Assembly: GCA_964234715.1 (NCBI GenBank)
Contig: OZ174281.1
Length of the DNA stretch: 64,000 bases
Strand: one strand, 5' to 3'
DNA from: Podarcis melisellensis
Lineage: Eukaryota
Shown: piece after piece, positions 51,593 to 63,940 of the stretch
Layout: every line of letters starts with the position of its first letter
Numbering within the stretch: the stretch's first letter is position 1
The notes under the pieces: generated by a model
Databases searched by the model: none
Told to the model about the DNA's origin: nothing
The model's input: the letters and a program-made list of their open reading frames with translations, nothing else
Translations under genes and position numbers: made by a program

Positions 51593-52468
51593 CTGGGGGG
51601 AGGAACAGAAAGACAATACATATAAAATACGTTTTACACTTCAGGCATATTTAGACAGGTTTCAATATTTTGCAAGAAGCTGAGATTTAAATTGCTGACA
51701 AAATATCAAATAGCATTGAGAGTCCAGGTGTATTGCTGCCTATCTGCCTAGACCTTCTGAGAACAGTTTGTTCTGCTTAACAATACAAACAACCAAATCC
51801 TTAAAAAAGGAAATAGGGAATAAAAATGACATCTATTGATGTGTTATTATTGAGCAAATACAAATCTACTGCATTTCCTTGAGGATTCTAAGTGAGGCGT
51901 TTTTATCTACAGAAATCTTTGTATTTGGTGATGCATTGCCATGGATAATCTCTATGACAACTCACTCACTGTTTCTCTGAATTCTGCACACGATTTAGTC
52001 TATACTGACATAGCAGATCAAGGCATTTATGCCAGGCTACCAGCCCATCCCACCCTTTATCAGGCTCATAGTGGCTGGTAACCCCAGTGAACTGAGCATG
52101 TGTAGTATGATGGCACCTGTGCAATTTACTAGATCTCACTCATTGCACAAGAACAGTGCCTGTTGGTGACAAAGGGGCATGAGAGGAAGCAGGAGATCTG
52201 CCACTACATCAAATTGCTCAGACAGTGGTGCTATTACACCTGCTTCTCCTCTGTGGTGTAATTTCTCAATTCCCTTCCCCCAAGAAAATATCCTTGCACC
52301 TTGGGAATCTTGATACAATTTGGTCCCCCATCCACCATTCAACTATGCAACACATACATAGGCACGAGGATCAGGATGTAAAACATTCACTATTATTTGC
52401 TTTTTTAAAAAATCACTTTCTACACACTCCTGAGGGAAACCATTTGTGAGTTTTCAGAGGAAAAAACT

Positions 52469-52614
52469 NNNNNNNNNNNNNNNNNNNNNNNNNNNNNNNN
52501 NNNNNNNNNNNNNNNNNNNNNNNNNNNNNNNNNNNNNNNNNNNNNNNNNNNNNNNNNNNNNNNNNNNNNNNNNNNNNNNNNNNNNNNNNNNNNNNNNNNN
52601 NNNNNNNNNNNNNN
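52469..52614. other. Assembly gap (146 N), intronic
   Basis: Run of N; the flanking exons A3 and A4 join in frame, so no exon appears lost. Confidence 0.98.
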
Positions 52615-53504
52615 ATCAGTTATTTTCATAAGGCTCTTGACCTCTGCTTTTGCACCTGGCAAATGTTTGAGGCCCTTGGCCATTAATTATCCTAATTTTA
52701 AGTGCTACAGGGTCTTGCTATTTCACAGGACCCCAAACATTTTTAGCCAAGCTCATTCTGAAGAGTCAGGTCCAATGTAATCTTCATCAATTCCTATCAC
52801 CCCTTGAAATGAAAACAAACCCCAAAGGCCGCTATCATACACTGCAGTGTGCTCTGTCCACACAGGCATATATAACTGTTTTTGCACTGTTGTCATTAAT
52901 TGTCCCTCCTATATTCTTTTGGCAAATGGTGGTATTTCAAGAAGATCAGACAGCTGCAATCTACCCCATTCATATACCCAGTAGTAGCTTTTTCAACTCC
53001 TATCATAGGATCAGGTGTCAAATTTTAGGGAACCATACTAACATGGGTAAATACACCATAACTAAGGAATAACATGCTCAAGGAAGCCTCAAGCATTCAA
53101 AAAAGAACTACACTTAGCAGACATAATTCTTTTCTTGGCAGAATGGTCCAACACATTTGTCAAGCAGCTGGAAGATAAGGAGAAGACAAAGAGTGAAGAA
53201 AGAGCTGTCAGTGGAGGGGGGTCCTTTCTCCATCCTCTAGACCACTCAACCAACCTGCTGTACCTGAACTGGGTGTGGTGAGTGCAGCTGAATGGGACAC
53301 AGCTGTGGGCAGTCTGAGGAAGTACCATTCACCTTGAGCCTGCCCATAAAAAGCAAATCTAGAGTGAGAGACTAGGGTGATGTCTGCTGTTTCCATGAAC
53401 TCTTTATTGTGAGACTTTTGTGGGTGAGCTGAAAGTTTGTTTGGATCCTGGGCAAGAACCCAGAGCCTAAGAGGGAGGGTGTGATGTAGTATATATATTA
53501 GTAA

Positions 53505-53762
53505 GGGACGTGGGTGGCGCTGTGGGTTAAAGCACAGAGCCTAGGACTTGCCAATCAGAAGGTCGGCGGTTCGAATCCCCGCGACGGGGTGAGCTCCCGT
53601 TGCTCGGCCCCTGCTCCTGCCAACCTAGCAGTTTGAAAGCACATCAAAGTGCAAGTAGATAAATAGATTATTGGCTCCCTCGGCCAATAAAGCGAGATGA
53701 GCGCCGCAACCCCAGAGTCAGTCACGAATGGACCTAATGGTCGGGGTCCTTTTACCTTTACT
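53505..53762 (+). mobile_element. Sauria SINE with internal deletion of roughly 95 nt
   Basis: Head and tail intact, middle segment missing versus other copies; 15-bp TSD TATATATATTAGTAA at 53490-53504 and 53763-53777. Confidence 0.92.
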
Positions 53763-53997
53763 TATATATATTAGTAATTTTGTATTACTGTAACATTTTT
53801 ATATGTAACTCTGTATTTTTGTAATATATTGTTTAAGTTGTCTGTTGTTGCTTCAGCGTTCTGTACACTGCTTAGAGATATTTTTAATACATTAAGTGGT
53901 ATAGAAATTAATCAATCAAATAATCAGTCAATGTGTCAAGCACAAGAAAAACACAACTCTCCTTTCCTAGCATCCCTCCCCCATGCCCCCACAGTAC

Positions 53998-54107
53998 CTG
54001 CTTGTAAAAGGACAGCGACAAGCCCTGCAGGTTCTTTGCGTGGCATCTCCAAAGTAGCCTTCTTTACAGCGTTCACACTTCTCGCCAGCAGTATTATGCT
54101 GACAATT
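53998..54107 (-). CDS. LAMA3: LAMA3 exon A3 (LE), NCQHNTAGEKCERCKEGYFGDATQRTCRACRCPFTS
   Basis: 110 nt, aag|AAT ... AG|gtactg, phase 0/2. Confidence 0.95.
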
Positions 54108-56329
54108 CTTTTAAAATATGTACAAATATATAAAACCAGAGAGTTAGCAGCAATTCAATTATCAGCAGGAGAAAATTAGAGTTGATCAGTTCCAAGCCAT
54201 TTCCTCCACACAATTTTATTACCACAAGAACAAACATATGACTTTGACAATGTCTTCATTCTCTTGAATTATAGAAAAGTTGCTCAGCTGGGGCCAGAGA
54301 TGGTAGAATATTACAGTATCCACACATCTGGTTAACATGTCACTGGTTTAAATAACTACACATCCAAGAATCGGACTCTTAGTTGGAAGTGATGCAACTA
54401 CTTGTGAGCAACTTTGGATTCATTTCACAATCTATTCGAGTTTCTCTATAAATGAATATCCTGCTACCCATTTTTTTCTGTTTAGCTCTTTAGTTTGAAC
54501 AAGTTTATATAGTCTCAAATCTAGGTAGACTGGTCCAATAAAAGATTTTTTTTTGTACTTCTCACAGCCCTAGCATAGGACTTAACATTCCCAACACCAC
54601 TGGAACAACAACACTAATACAGGGAGGCAATTGCCTCAGGACAAGTACAACAATTTTTCTTAAAATTAGTTTTTATTCAAGATTTTATTGTGTTACAAAA
54701 TAAATCAATCAAAAAGGAAAAGTACATATAGCATCTCCACTTTCAATTCATACAGTTTTTTCCCCACAGTTCATTTATGTTTGGTATAAGATACTAATGT
54801 CCTGGACATCTTGTGGTCAGGGGAAAGGGGAAAGAGAGAGGGGGGAGAGAGGGGGACATTTTTCTTTATTCTGTTGCATAATGTTACCTGTCAGAGCAAC
54901 AAAACCTGATCAGATCATCAAACTGCCACCAATGAATTGACTTTTTACTTTATGGGGACACATAACTGCACCCTGGAAAAACTATTTCCTCTGCAAAATG
55001 AATTGAAAGTGTCCATCTTTCAATTTGAATTTGGAACCAATAGTCATCAAACAGTCGAGACCACCTATGCACACAGAATGCAAGCTGCATTAATTAGTAA
55101 CAAATATATGGCACTAGCTATAACACAGTTTGCATGGCTATTAAAACAGCAGTAACAAGGCTGAAAAAGCAAACCTTGTCGTCTTTTGATTTTCCTGCCT
55201 GTGTGTTTTCTTGTCTTAGCCTGCCCCATTTCTCTAATCAAAATTTCTTATGATTCATACATCTCCTGGAACATGCTGATTTGGCTAACAATTCCTATGT
55301 TTAACCCAAAAGGGTTTGTTGAAGCCAAAGTCAAGGGAAGTATTGCATAATCATCGTCAGAGGATTTCAATGCAGCCAAAATGGGTTCATAATGAAAAAA
55401 GCACCCATGCAATGAATCTGGCAGTGAATCCATGCAATGAATAGGGGGCATGATCCTATGATAACTTTTCAAAATAAACTATTGAGACAAAAGCAATGAA
55501 ATAGAATACAAGATAACAATCTCCCAAGAGTGCTATTGATGTAAACCCTGATCCTTCAACTAGAGCTCATATTTGTGCAAGTTCTTTAGCAACAGAATTG
55601 TAAATTACACTTTTAAAAGCGTAATTCAATTCAGATGAGATTTGTATCTTGCTGTAAAATTAGTTTGCAGAAATCAGACATTGACCAATTATGTCTGCAT
55701 TATAACTGTCCATTTCCAATGTGCGGAACTACCTTCTCTTGGCATGCTTATACATGCATTCTGTAGCTTTCACTCTTTGGGCAGAACTAGTTGCTACAAG
55801 AGAAACATGCTGCGACCACTTTCTAGTCTTTCTATCAATGTGTAGCTTATTATCAATGTGTGACATGGTTACTGTCCTGAATGTTTTCTGCTCTCTGGTT
55901 CAGACAGCCAACAAGTTGAGATGGTAGTGGGAATTGCAGTGCCATGGCATCACATCACACATTAGCCACACATTACCAGGAAAACTGGAGACACAAAAGT
56001 GGCAGCAATTCTGTATTTTTTGTAAAATGCAGTTTTATAATGAGCATTTAAAGTCTGCAAAGCAAGCAGCTGGCATAATCATACTAGCACACCCACAATC
56101 ATGGTTCAGGTAAATAGGATCAGTGAACTAAAGTTTCCAAGTGGAATGCACTGCTAAATGGGTTGCATTTTTAAAAGATTGGGTGCCATTTTCAAATGAT
56201 TAGAGAGATGGAACCATTTATTACTGTGACACACAGATTTGTATTCCAGGTAAACAACTTGCATTCTTACACGTACTGGATGATGGATAATATTTTACCT
56301 ATGTTTACTTGAAAAACAACAAATAGATA

Positions 56330-56530
56330 TATAGTGCCTTGAAGGCTAACAATGTTATTATGGTAAATATTTCGTGGTTGAGGGTGTACTCCATCAGATG
56401 CATGGAGTGTTACTGGACAATACTCCATGCATCTGATGAAGTTGATTCTAGTCCATGAAAGCTTGCACAATAATACACCTGTTAGTTTTTAAGGTACCGT
56501 GCAATTCTTTGGGGTGTTGTTGTTGTTTTT
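56330..56530. mobile_element. Inverted pair of Penelope-like terminal-repeat remnants with degenerate hammerhead cores
   Basis: GCATCTGATGAAG..GAAAGCTT..AATA..TGTTAGT..TAAGGT on the plus strand, mirrored by a decayed minus-strand copy; 20-bp inner hairpin 56392-56438. Confidence 0.65.
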
Positions 56531-56788
56531 GTACTAATAAACCAAAGCAGACACCCTTATAAGATCACTATACTTTATGAGTTCACTACACATGTGCTCA
56601 TAGAACTCATTCACTTCAGAGGAATGGTTCAATATATGCATTGCTTTGTGCACAATTTTTTACCCTCTACTAGACAGAAGGGCCTAGGATCTAGTGCAGT
56701 ACTGGACAGAGCAAAACTACTATGTACGTCAGTGGTTAGTAACTAACAGCAGTGATAAATCACAACAATCTTTGCTATTATTACTTAC

Positions 56789-56902
56789 AATACAAATTCC
56801 AGAACCATCCAGGCACCTATTTGCATTTCCATGACAATTGCAAGGAACACACCGTCCTGTTAATAGGCCACTGTTCTCACGGTAGAATCCTGGGCTGCAT
56901 TC
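56789..56902 (-). CDS. LAMA3: LAMA3 shared exon A2 (LE), [38 protein letters not shown]
   Basis: 114 nt, tag|GAA ... ATT|gtaagt, laminin EGF cysteine pattern. Confidence 0.95.
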
Positions 56903-59348
56903 CTATTGCATACAAAGGAGACTTTTTTAAAAGGCTATACGTTTATACCGTTAAAAAGAGGTGTTCTGTGAAAGGTAGAAGGAATTAAATTGCTAAATAC
57001 TGTCATATGAATACCTATTATATGATTAAGAGGAATAGGTTTTATTCTAATAGTCATCTCAGTTTGGTAAGCCAAGACATATGGCCAAAGTTTTTCAGTT
57101 TGGACGCAGCAGGAAACTATACTTAATGGAAGACTTCTTGGCTTGTTTGCTTGCTTTCAGGAAGGGGTGAGCCAAGGGTCTCTGTGTGAGACCAAAAGGC
57201 TCCTTCATAACTTGTCATACTGAGATATGATCAAATGCAGTCAATGTCAACCATGTCTAAAGTCCACAAACTGCCCAACCATTTTGAAAAGTAGCTGTAT
57301 ATATCAGTGCTCTGAGATCTGTCAAGAAGGATTCTCTCAACCTAAACCCCTGAAGGCTGTTCTGGCTGGACATATTTCATATCCTGTGAAAAATATTTCC
57401 AGAATAAGTCCAGTTTAGTAAAGTATTTAAAATACAGCTAAAGGTGTTTTTGTTCTAGATCCATAGGTTTCTGTAGAACTATGTTTGTTCATTAGCATTT
57501 AACCAATTTAAAGTTTAATTTTCAAAACTACTTGCTGTAAAATAACCTCATCCTGATTTCCTCACCTGAGGATATATGAAACTATGTTGAAGCAATGGGA
57601 GGCATTCTTTAATATGAAGCACAATTTGTACGTACAGACTTGTCCCAAAGACAAGTGAAGCATGAAAAGAATGTTCATCAACTAGAAGCATTTAAGAAGT
57701 AAAGCTGCTCTTCCGCTATCAATGTCAACTGACAGAATTTTGGGGAGCAGGATAATATTTTTTTAAAAAAGAAAAGAGACACAGTTGTCAAAAAGCCATG
57801 TCCTGTTTCAATAAAGCATATCAATTGAAAATGTGGGTTTCACCAATGAAAAGGGATTGTAAAAAAACTTTGATAATCTCTGGGCCACCACTTCAACCAT
57901 CCCCTCTTCAAAACTTATAATCTTCTATGAAGTCCAGTTGTGATGTGAGCATCTTGACAACCCCAGTACTGTATGCACGCTCTCTGTGCTTAAACAAATG
58001 GAGTGAGAAGAGGGACCATATACAATGGCCCCACCCCAGATATCACCATGCCCCCCTGGACCTGTCCTTTTCCTCCATACATGAAGTTTGAGGTCTGAAA
58101 GGGGCATGTACATCCCTAGGTGCTCCACGTGATGGGAGACCTTGCACATTCAGACTTTGTGTGGAACTGCTTCATGTGTCTATTCATTTCTTTTAGCATG
58201 AGACCTTATTCCTGGCTGAGACTGCATAGGACAAAGTATTATCAAAGGATTAATCCCCACCAAATGCTAGGGTACTGATCCAGATTGCTTCCTCCCTCTG
58301 CCCCCAGCGGCAATTTGTGTAAAAGAAAGAAAGAAGTCAAGGACAAACAATGAAATGAGTTGTCAAGTTTTAGCCCTTAGGTGTGGTTCTGGGAAACTTG
58401 TCTTGAAGTCCAATCTCTCTCATGAATACATTGTTTAGAGCTGGGCAAAACTCCCTATGTGTGGAAAAAATAATGAGTAACCTCACTTGTTTATTGTGAG
58501 GACAAACAAAATGAAGATTATAAATCACATTACAAATTAACAGGTCTATGTGAATGGTTGTAGTAGAAATTTTTAAAACAACAATTGATGCTGTTCACAA
58601 GAGGGAATTATCCTGCAGCAGCTACCAGTACAGGCATTTAAAGTAGGGATTATTGCAAAAACAGCTTGCTGAAATAAAGCTACTTATGACCCAATTATTA
58701 AAAATCAATTAAAGCGAACTATTTGAGATGTTCATATGAAATAATCAGTTTAAAGCTAGCTTTGTCTTTCTGGTGTAATTTTTTTTTTTAAGTTCTTCCA
58801 ATAGTAGTTTCCCTGCACACTCAAATTCCATTTTCAATTGCCTTGAAGGAAAATAAGATATTCTGTGCAGATAACACTTCCATGGAGGACACTGGAGTGT
58901 GCACTGTAAGTTTTGACAAATGCATATTTGTCCACTTTGTTCAAATGGCTAGGGAACAAATATTTTGTTGGCCACATGGTATTATCACTCTGGCGGTCAA
59001 CATTTCAAAGCCATAGTAAAAGTGAATGTGCATTAAGTTTTGTGTTTGAAACAAGGACTGCAATCTTAAAAAAATAAGGGGGGAAAATAGAAACAGCCTG
59101 GCCAACCATTTTATGACCCTGTACACCAGTAGAGACTAGTACAAATGGTTAACAAACTGCCCAGCTAACGACTCAAACAGCAACATTTTGTAGCAGGTCT
59201 TCTGGACAATATAGTCCAAGGGATAAAGAGATCAGCTTGTTGTTGTTTTCACTCAAAATACTGCATAACACACTTTTATGTCAGGGCTATAAAAGCAAAA
59301 CAAAACACCTTAAAGCAGGGGGATAGGGGAAGAGAGAACACACGTTAC

Positions 59349-59510
59349 CTGTCTTGGTTTAAAATCCCAGTGATTTTGCTGCTGCTGCCCTCCGCCAAGA
59401 AGATAAGGGAATGCTATCCTGTGTTGTGTAGCATGCACCAAACAGTGCCTCAGGCCTATGCACAACACCAGCCATCCAATGTTGCCCGGCCTCTGCATTC
59501 CGGCCGTCAT
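59349..59510 (-). CDS. LAMA3: Alternative first coding exon of LAMA3A (signal peptide plus short unique N-terminus), MTAGMQRPGNIGWLVLCIGLRHCLVHATQHRIAFPYLLGGGQQQQNHWDFKPRQ
   Basis: ATG at 59510, hydrophobic GWLVLCIGL core, phase-0 donor CAG|gtaacg. Resembles the mammalian alpha-3A N-terminus as I recall it (GWL..., QQRVPF, EFRPSQ) and has the same position between the L4 exon and the first shared LE exon. Confidence 0.9.
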
Positions 59511-59570
59511 TTTACTTAGCTTAAGGCTTTGCTGCTCACATGCAAGGAGACTCTTTTTGCTATGCAGCCC

Positions 59571-59822
59571 TTTTCTTATACTACCCTCTTATTGTTCAGC
59601 TTCTCTGACTCAGTCTGTGTGCTGTGATATGCCCCTCCTTTAAAACTTCATACATGAGTCAGGTTGTGCAACACATAGCAGTTCTTGAAGTTAACGAACC
59701 GCTTTCTAATTCCTGCAAATGAGCGTATATCTGCATTAAGGTGTGGCAGGCATCACCTTTTCCCTGCCTAAGACAGTCAGGCAGTACTAGACGATTAGAA
59801 CTGTAAATCACGGGCTGAGTAA
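59571..59822 (-). promoter_or_regulatory. LAMA3: LAMA3A internal promoter: TATA-like TATAAGAAAA (59571-59580) and AP-1 sites at 59606-59612, 59655-59661 and near-consensus 59816-59822
   Basis: Two perfect TGA(C/G)TCA motifs and one TGAGTAA lie upstream of a TATA-like box about 65 nt from the ATG. The mammalian LAMA3A promoter is known to be AP-1 driven. Confidence 0.75.
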
Positions 59823-60516
59823 TTCTGTGGAAACATGCAGGGTGTGTGAGCTATTTTATGGAGTACTGTGGTTCTATACCTTCCTTTGGGCTACATGTTT
59901 TAATCAGTCCAGGAAAAGGGAGCAAAAGAGGCATTTTTGCACATGGTGAGTAGGAACAGGAATGAGAAGAGTTTAGTTAGTGTATTAAATGCAAGCCTTG
60001 GCATGCTGATCGATTGCATTTTTCATATAACAGACTGTGAAGTGTATTTTTTTTAAGCCTCTGAAAGTATTTTTAAAAATGACAAGCAAGCTTTATGTTA
60101 TTATTGTAACCTGAGAATAAAATTGAGAGACTTGCACATCAATCCAAGTGCATTTACTTGGAAAAGTCACAATGAACATATCAATGAAGTGTTACCAAAC
60201 AAGTAGCATTATTAGAGGTAGTAAAACACAGAAGAAGACAGAAGCTTAGTAAGTACAACTTTTCTCCTATGACAAATAGCAGCTGTCAAAACACATTCTC
60301 CTGTGCAGATATCAAGGTACAGGCCTTTGGTCACCCCCATGAGCAGAGAACAGAGAACCAAAATACCTAAAGATCAGTTATCACCCCCTTCCCATTCATC
60401 AAATAATCAACCTGATGCCCGCAGAGGGTAATTTGCATCCCCACTAGGGAGCTGGAGTAGATGGAGATTTAAACCTTTCCAAAATCATGTCTACCTTCTT
60501 CCTATTTCTCTTTACT

Positions 60517-60604
60517 TCCCATCCAAGTACTAACCAGGCCTGACCCTGCTTAGCTTCAGAGATCAGACGAGATTGGGCGTGTTCAGGGTAGTATGGCCGT
60601 AGAC
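60517..60604 (-). pseudogene. 5S rRNA retropseudogene, nt 1-88 only (3'-truncated, no poly-A tail)
   Basis: Reverse complement reads GTCTACGGCCATACTACCCTGAACACGCCC...GGTTAGTACTTGGATGGGA. It is flanked by the direct repeat CCTATTTCTC(T/C)TTACTTCC at 60501-60519 and 60604-60622. Confidence 0.92.
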
Positions 60605-61414
60605 CTATTTCTCCTTACTTCCAATTCCTTCTCCTTCTCCTCCTTCCCACTGATGCCAATATCAGTGGGTTTCTGGGAGACCTGAATATGTTGTTTGAGG
60701 ATGGGTTCAGGCTCCCAGGCCACCCTATATGTAAGAGCAAACCAGTCAAATCCAGATTTTCAGATTAAAAATTTAAGTACTAGGCAATTTTTTCCTCTCC
60801 TTTACTTCTGAACAATTCTGAAAATAGCTGTCACACAGCATTATGGGGCATAATATGGAAGAATAGTGATCAGAGGAATGTCTGGTGGCAATGATGTCTT
60901 GGCAGAGTGCGTGGGAGATATCTACTGCATGACCACTCCTGCTGATTGGCAACTGAGGAACTAGCTAGTTGTCTCAGGATATTCCTCCCCCCCCCAAAAA
61001 AAAAACAACTCCCCAATGCCTGACTTTTTAAAGAAATGCTGAAATATTATGTTTCACACATCTTTAGAAACTGGGTTGTATTTTATTGGTTTTACTTTTA
61101 AACGTTTCTTGGTTCTATTTTGTCATTTGGATGTTTGAAGTTATTTGTTCACACAAATGAATTAAAATGAAATCCATAAATTATAAAACTCCATAAATAT
61201 ATAATAGCTGAATTAAGTACAACTTCTACAAGAGGACTACACTATGAAGGTGGAATGTCCCATCGAACATAATTGTTCAGAAACGCGTCTCTCCTGCGCT
61301 TTTAAGGCAATCAGTAAGAATGAATGAATAAGACTCTCTCGTTGCTATAGCTAAATCAATACTGTTATCGTGTGTCATGAATGATGCAGAGCAGAAACAA
61401 AGACAATTTCCTAC

Positions 61415-61645
61415 CTGACATGAATCACCCATATATTCAGGAGGGCAGGAGCATGTCTCCACATCAAAAGCAACGATGCCATTTCCTGCATTGGAGACTT
61501 CTTCCAGACCGACCTCGCCCAAGGTTAACCGCTGAGATTCTGTGAAGTAAAGTCCTCTGATTCGTAATCCATCCAGTCTAGACAGGACCATCATCAGTTC
61601 CTCTCGAGATACCAAGCTGTTGCTGCTTGCATGTCTGAAGTTTCC
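61415..61645 (-). CDS. LAMA3: Last alpha-3B-specific exon (end of L4 domain, LE half), GNFRHASS...CSCPPEYMGDSCQ
   Basis: 231 nt, cag|GGA ... CAG|gtagga, phase 0/0; VSREELMMVLSRL motif. Confidence 0.95.
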
Positions 61646-61728
61646 CTGCACATTCAATATATAATTAAAGTTAGCAATCTACTCAGTGTAAAAGTACTGC
61701 TGCACATGCAAAGGGATATCGATTAAAC

Positions 61729-61779
<51 letters not shown>
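61729..61779. repeat. (ATA)17 microsatellite
   Basis: Read directly from the sequence. Confidence 0.95.
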
Positions 61780-61784
<5 letters not shown>

Positions 61785-63268
61785 CAGGTCCATGCTTTAT
61801 AAGAAGCAACGGGTGCTGGTAGCCTAAGGGAAAAGGACACTAGCAGAATGAAAACCCAAGCAAGAGACAATATAAAGTAAAGTAAAATAAATGAGGGTCA
61901 GCCTCAGAAGTAGACATATAAGGGCAGATTACAATAATAACATACAAAGTCAACTAGGACAGGAACAAAAGGTTTTACTTGACACGGGGCTGTGCAAAAA
62001 ATTCCCAGTGCTTAATTATTCCACAGAAAATTTCCTGTTTCATTAGTAACAATGAATGGGTGCTAATTTCGAAAGAAAAAACAACAACCATACCAAATTG
62101 CATATATGCATACATTGTGATAAAATACATTTAGAAATCCACACTTGAGAGAAAAGACATTCATAAATGTGCTATTCTATGAGAAAACGCGTTCAAAAAT
62201 ATATATTTAAATATCATGTGAAACTGACATGGGACGGAAATACACCCATCCATCCACACTTCATTGACAGAGTTTGTTGTAGGCTGGACTACAAATGCCT
62301 GAGAGGAAACCTCATGCATCAAAATGTGATTTGTTTGGAATGGCCTCAAACCATTTGCAAGCACATATGTAATTGAAGGCAGAATATAACTCAAAAGTAC
62401 TTTTATTTTACAAGTTCAGGCATGAGCCTGACAAGAACCCAACTTGACTTTGAGACTGCGGGAACAAGCAGCTGTTTCGCTGTAAATAATGACACTATTT
62501 CTGGACCACAATGAAGCGAAGCCCTTTTCAGAGTTTGGCTTTTCAGAAGTGTTATATTTCCTTGGGCTGTGAGAAGTCCAGGTGCAGCACAACAGGAAGT
62601 ATTTAATTTAGTTGAGAGAGAGAAAGAAAAATACTGGAGAAGTATTTCTGGGAAGTGGGTTGTACAATCTCCAGTATACAGACTCGCCAAGCTCAACAGC
62701 CTCATACAAAGGAAAAGTTAGGAAAATATGCAGCAAAAAACCACTCACTTTCCACAACTAATGAACCTTAGAATTAATCACAACTGTAACTCACACATTA
62801 CTTTGACCCCATTGCAGTACAGATTAGGGAGAGGTCCCAGTGCCTCATAACTCTATGCTTCAAGTAAGCACCAGTTGTACGATCTAACTCAGGATACAGC
62901 AACTTCATATGTACCATTTATGCTTCACATTCTCAGTTCCTCATTGGAGAACTAGGCTTCACCTGGCATGCATGGTGATATTCTCTTTGTTGTATGGTTT
63001 CTTTTCCTGATTAGAATACACTTGCAACACAGTTTCTTCACATTTGTTCAATTTCAAATGTTTACAACAGGAAGGAAACAACAGAACAATCCTACGCATG
63101 GTTACTCCTAAGCAAATTTTGTTCAGTGGGCTTTACCGGCTCATAAGAGTATTAAAAATTGCAGGCTTTAAAGTGTACTTTGAAGCAAGACTGTTTCTGA
63201 TGCTGAGCTATAAAATAAGCAGAAATGTCAGCTAGTGATTTATGAAAGGGAACTTCCACGAGTCTTAC

Positions 63269-63352
63269 CTCAAGTAGCCGAACTGATCCATAATACTGTT
63301 TGTCAGGCAAAGGATTGTTAGGATCCACATAGATTAATTTCATTTGGTGGCC
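63269..63352 (-). CDS. LAMA3: LAMA3 alpha-3B-specific exon (laminin IV/L4 domain), GHQMKLIYVDPNNPLPDKQYYGSVRLLE
   Basis: 84 nt, cag|GGC ... GAG|gtaaga, phase 0/0. Confidence 0.9.
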
Positions 63353-63940
63353 CTGTGCAAAAACATTACCATTCCAAACATCAGTATAATATTCAATGTG
63401 CAGAATTAGCATGCTTTACAGAACTGTGTTAGTTGAGAGATATTTCAGTTGTTATTAGATCTCAACAAAAAGAAATGTAGTTAACATTAAAGTAGAGTAG
63501 TGGTGGTGGGGGAAAACCTTTTCCAGGCTGAGGGTGGCATTGCCAGAGGCAAAAGTGAGTGTAACAATGAATGCCAAGTTTGCTTTTGTACAGCAGTCTA
63601 GTTACTACACCCACTCCTCTCTACCCTCCATCCAGGCCATCAGGAGGAATTATTAGAGTTCAGGGACACATTCCAGCCAGGGTGTGTGGCCTGAGGAGAG
63701 CCCCAAGGGTCAGCTAGAGAGACCCAGTGCTCATCCAGACTTCCTTTTGTGCCATGTTTCTAGGCACCGGTCTGTGCTTTAAAGCTACATGTCTGGGTGC
63801 TCCCCCCTTTTTTTGGCCCTATGGAAAAATCCACTTCTTACCACTGAATCGGAGCAAATGGCAATCTGTGGGAAACCTGAATGCTCTTTGTTCCAATTCA
63901 GCATTAAAGAGCAGGCTTTCCTGGGAGAAATGGTGAGGAA

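Larger units (their letters stand above)
7780..63352 (-). other. LAMA3: LAMA3 gene body, 3' portion; the alpha-3B 5' exons continue beyond the window end, the alpha-3A transcription unit is complete
   Basis: 40 phase-compatible GT-AG exons encode laminin IV/L4, LE, coiled-coil and five LG domains. An internal signal-peptide exon, characteristic of LAMA3A, distinguishes it from LAMA5/LAMA4. Confidence 0.96.

Noticed and set aside
60517-60604. Functional 5S rRNA gene
   Set aside because: Lacks the last ~32 nt, part of the C box and the terminator; solitary and TSD-flanked.
61679-61870. Poly-Leu membrane-like ORF
   Set aside because: Translation of the (ATA)n microsatellite.
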